This document shows, piece by piece, positions 24,747 to 25,573 of a stretch of 25,573 bases of DNA. A program made the translations under genes and the position numbers. The notes below the pieces were generated by a model, which saw only the letters and a program-made list of their open reading frames with translations, made no database searches and was not told the origin of the DNA. The first letter of the stretch is position 1, and each line of letters opens with the position of its first letter. Origin of the DNA: a virus (lineage: Duplodnaviria; Caudoviricetes); the IMG/VR virus record IMGVR_UViG_3300010361_000404, positions 1 to 25,573 of that record; one strand, 5' to 3'.

Positions 24747-25573
24747 GCCAGCGAGGTGCCGCCGCTGGAGTCTGGCACTGGCGTGGTGCTCTGCTTCGTG
24801 GGGTTGTTTTTCTCGATATCCTGCACGAATGGCGGGATCGCATTAAGCGATGCCGGCTCGGGCAAGAAAGCCTCTTTTGGCATCATGGTGAGCTTGGCGT
24901 GCTGGCCGTTTTCATCGCGCACGTATGACACGCCACCGATGATCCAGGGCGGGTCCGGCCGATCGAGCTTCAGCGCGGCCGCGCCGATCGGCGCGGAGTG
25001 ATTCGGCGCCCACAGCTTGCCTGCGGTGTCGCGCCAAGCGTCAATCGAGACGTTCAATTGCTGCGATCTGCCATAGCGCCGATTGCATTCCCACTGCGCG
25101 CGCTGCGCGGCGAGGCTCTGGCCGTCGCTCATCTGCTCACTGACCACGAAGCGCACGCGCTTGCGTGGCACCTTGTCGTCATAGGCGATTGGCCCGATGC
25201 GCGGATCGTTGAGGTTGCCTTGCACACCGACTTGCTGCACCGACAGAAAGAAACCCTCGTATTCGCTGAAGCGCTGATCCATCGAATAGGCGATATCGGC
25301 TTCCTCGATGTTCTGTCCCAGCGCCACACCGGAAGCCATCGCCTCGCTGCCGGCTTGCGCTAGCACCAGCGAGCCGTCGGGCATGTCATAGGCGACGAAG
25401 CCGGATACGCGGATCAGCCGGTCGGCCACGTCCCACACGGTCTCGCCGATGTTGATATTGAACCCTGGCACCTGCGCGCCGTCGCCGGCCAGCGAGGTGA
25501 TGGTGACGGCATATTTTTCGGCCAGCGCCTGCAAGATGGAAAGCGCGCTGCCGCCTTTGATCTGCATCGAGGG
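24743..25573 (-). CDS. Baseplate hub, Mu gp44 (gpP) family; probably 5'-truncated by the window edge
   Basis: INIGETVWDVADRL...DQRFSEY...AQRAQWECNRRYGRS...WRDTAGKLWAPN; lies directly upstream of gp45. Confidence 0.9.
   Translation of the reverse strand, partial: PSMQIKGGSALSILQALAEKYAVTITSLAGDGAQVPGFNINIGETVWDVADRLIRVSGFVAYDMPDGSLVLAQAGSEAMASGVALGQNIEEADIAYSMDQRFSEYEGFFLSVQQVGVQGNLNDPRIGPIAYDDKVPRKRVRFVVSEQMSDGQSLAAQRAQWECNRRYGRSQQLNVSIDAWRDTAGKLWAPNHSAPIGAAALKLDRPDPPWIIGGVSYVRDENGQHAKLTMMPKEAFLPEPASLNAIPPFVQDIEKNNPTKQSTTPVPDSSGGTSLA

Larger units (their letters stand above)
1..25573. mobile_element. Temperate phage genome segment (lambdoid control/replication region with Mu-like contractile tail); probably excised or free form
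   Basis: Integrase, cI/cro-like pair, Bet, replication, HNH, baseplate and tail fibre genes fill the window. No host housekeeping genes are present, and phage genes lie on both sides of int/att. Confidence 0.95.

Noticed and set aside
15847-25363. Many long plus-strand ORFs over the tail genes
   Set aside because: These are antisense shadows typical of GC-rich DNA; the minus-strand frames carry all the recognisable motifs.

Overview
The whole window is part of a temperate phage genome, most likely infecting an alphaproteobacterium (GC-rich, GcrA-like gene, GANTC clusters). The left arm (minus strand, read right to left) runs cro-like repressor, VRR-NUC nuclease, HNH nuclease overlapping an SF2 helicase, replication initiator with a probable internal origin, late regulator, terminase-type HNH, a proline-repeat protein and a PEP-CTERM surface protein. 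The centre (plus strand) has a short cI-like repressor, Gp157, Bet recombinase, AlpA/Xis-like and small early genes, an apparently intact attP-like site and a P4-type tyrosine integrase. The right arm (minus strand) has Mu-like baseplate genes (gp44-gp48), an inserted block of fibre/spike genes, a Mu gpS-like tail fibre, a lipoprotein and a truncated GcrA-like regulator. The most unusual signals are: (1) three in-frame fibre genes joined by identical-style 'LDxGxF-stop-MxDTxRIRRR' junctions, suggesting a serial fibre-assembly or readthrough system; (2) GANTC (CcrM) sites clustered at the putative origin and inside the att arm repeats, together with a DNA-binding-domain-only GcrA homologue; (3) a phage-borne PEP-CTERM protein; (4) an out-of-frame overlapping HNH/helicase cassette. 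All family calls come from motif recognition by eye, not from database searches.
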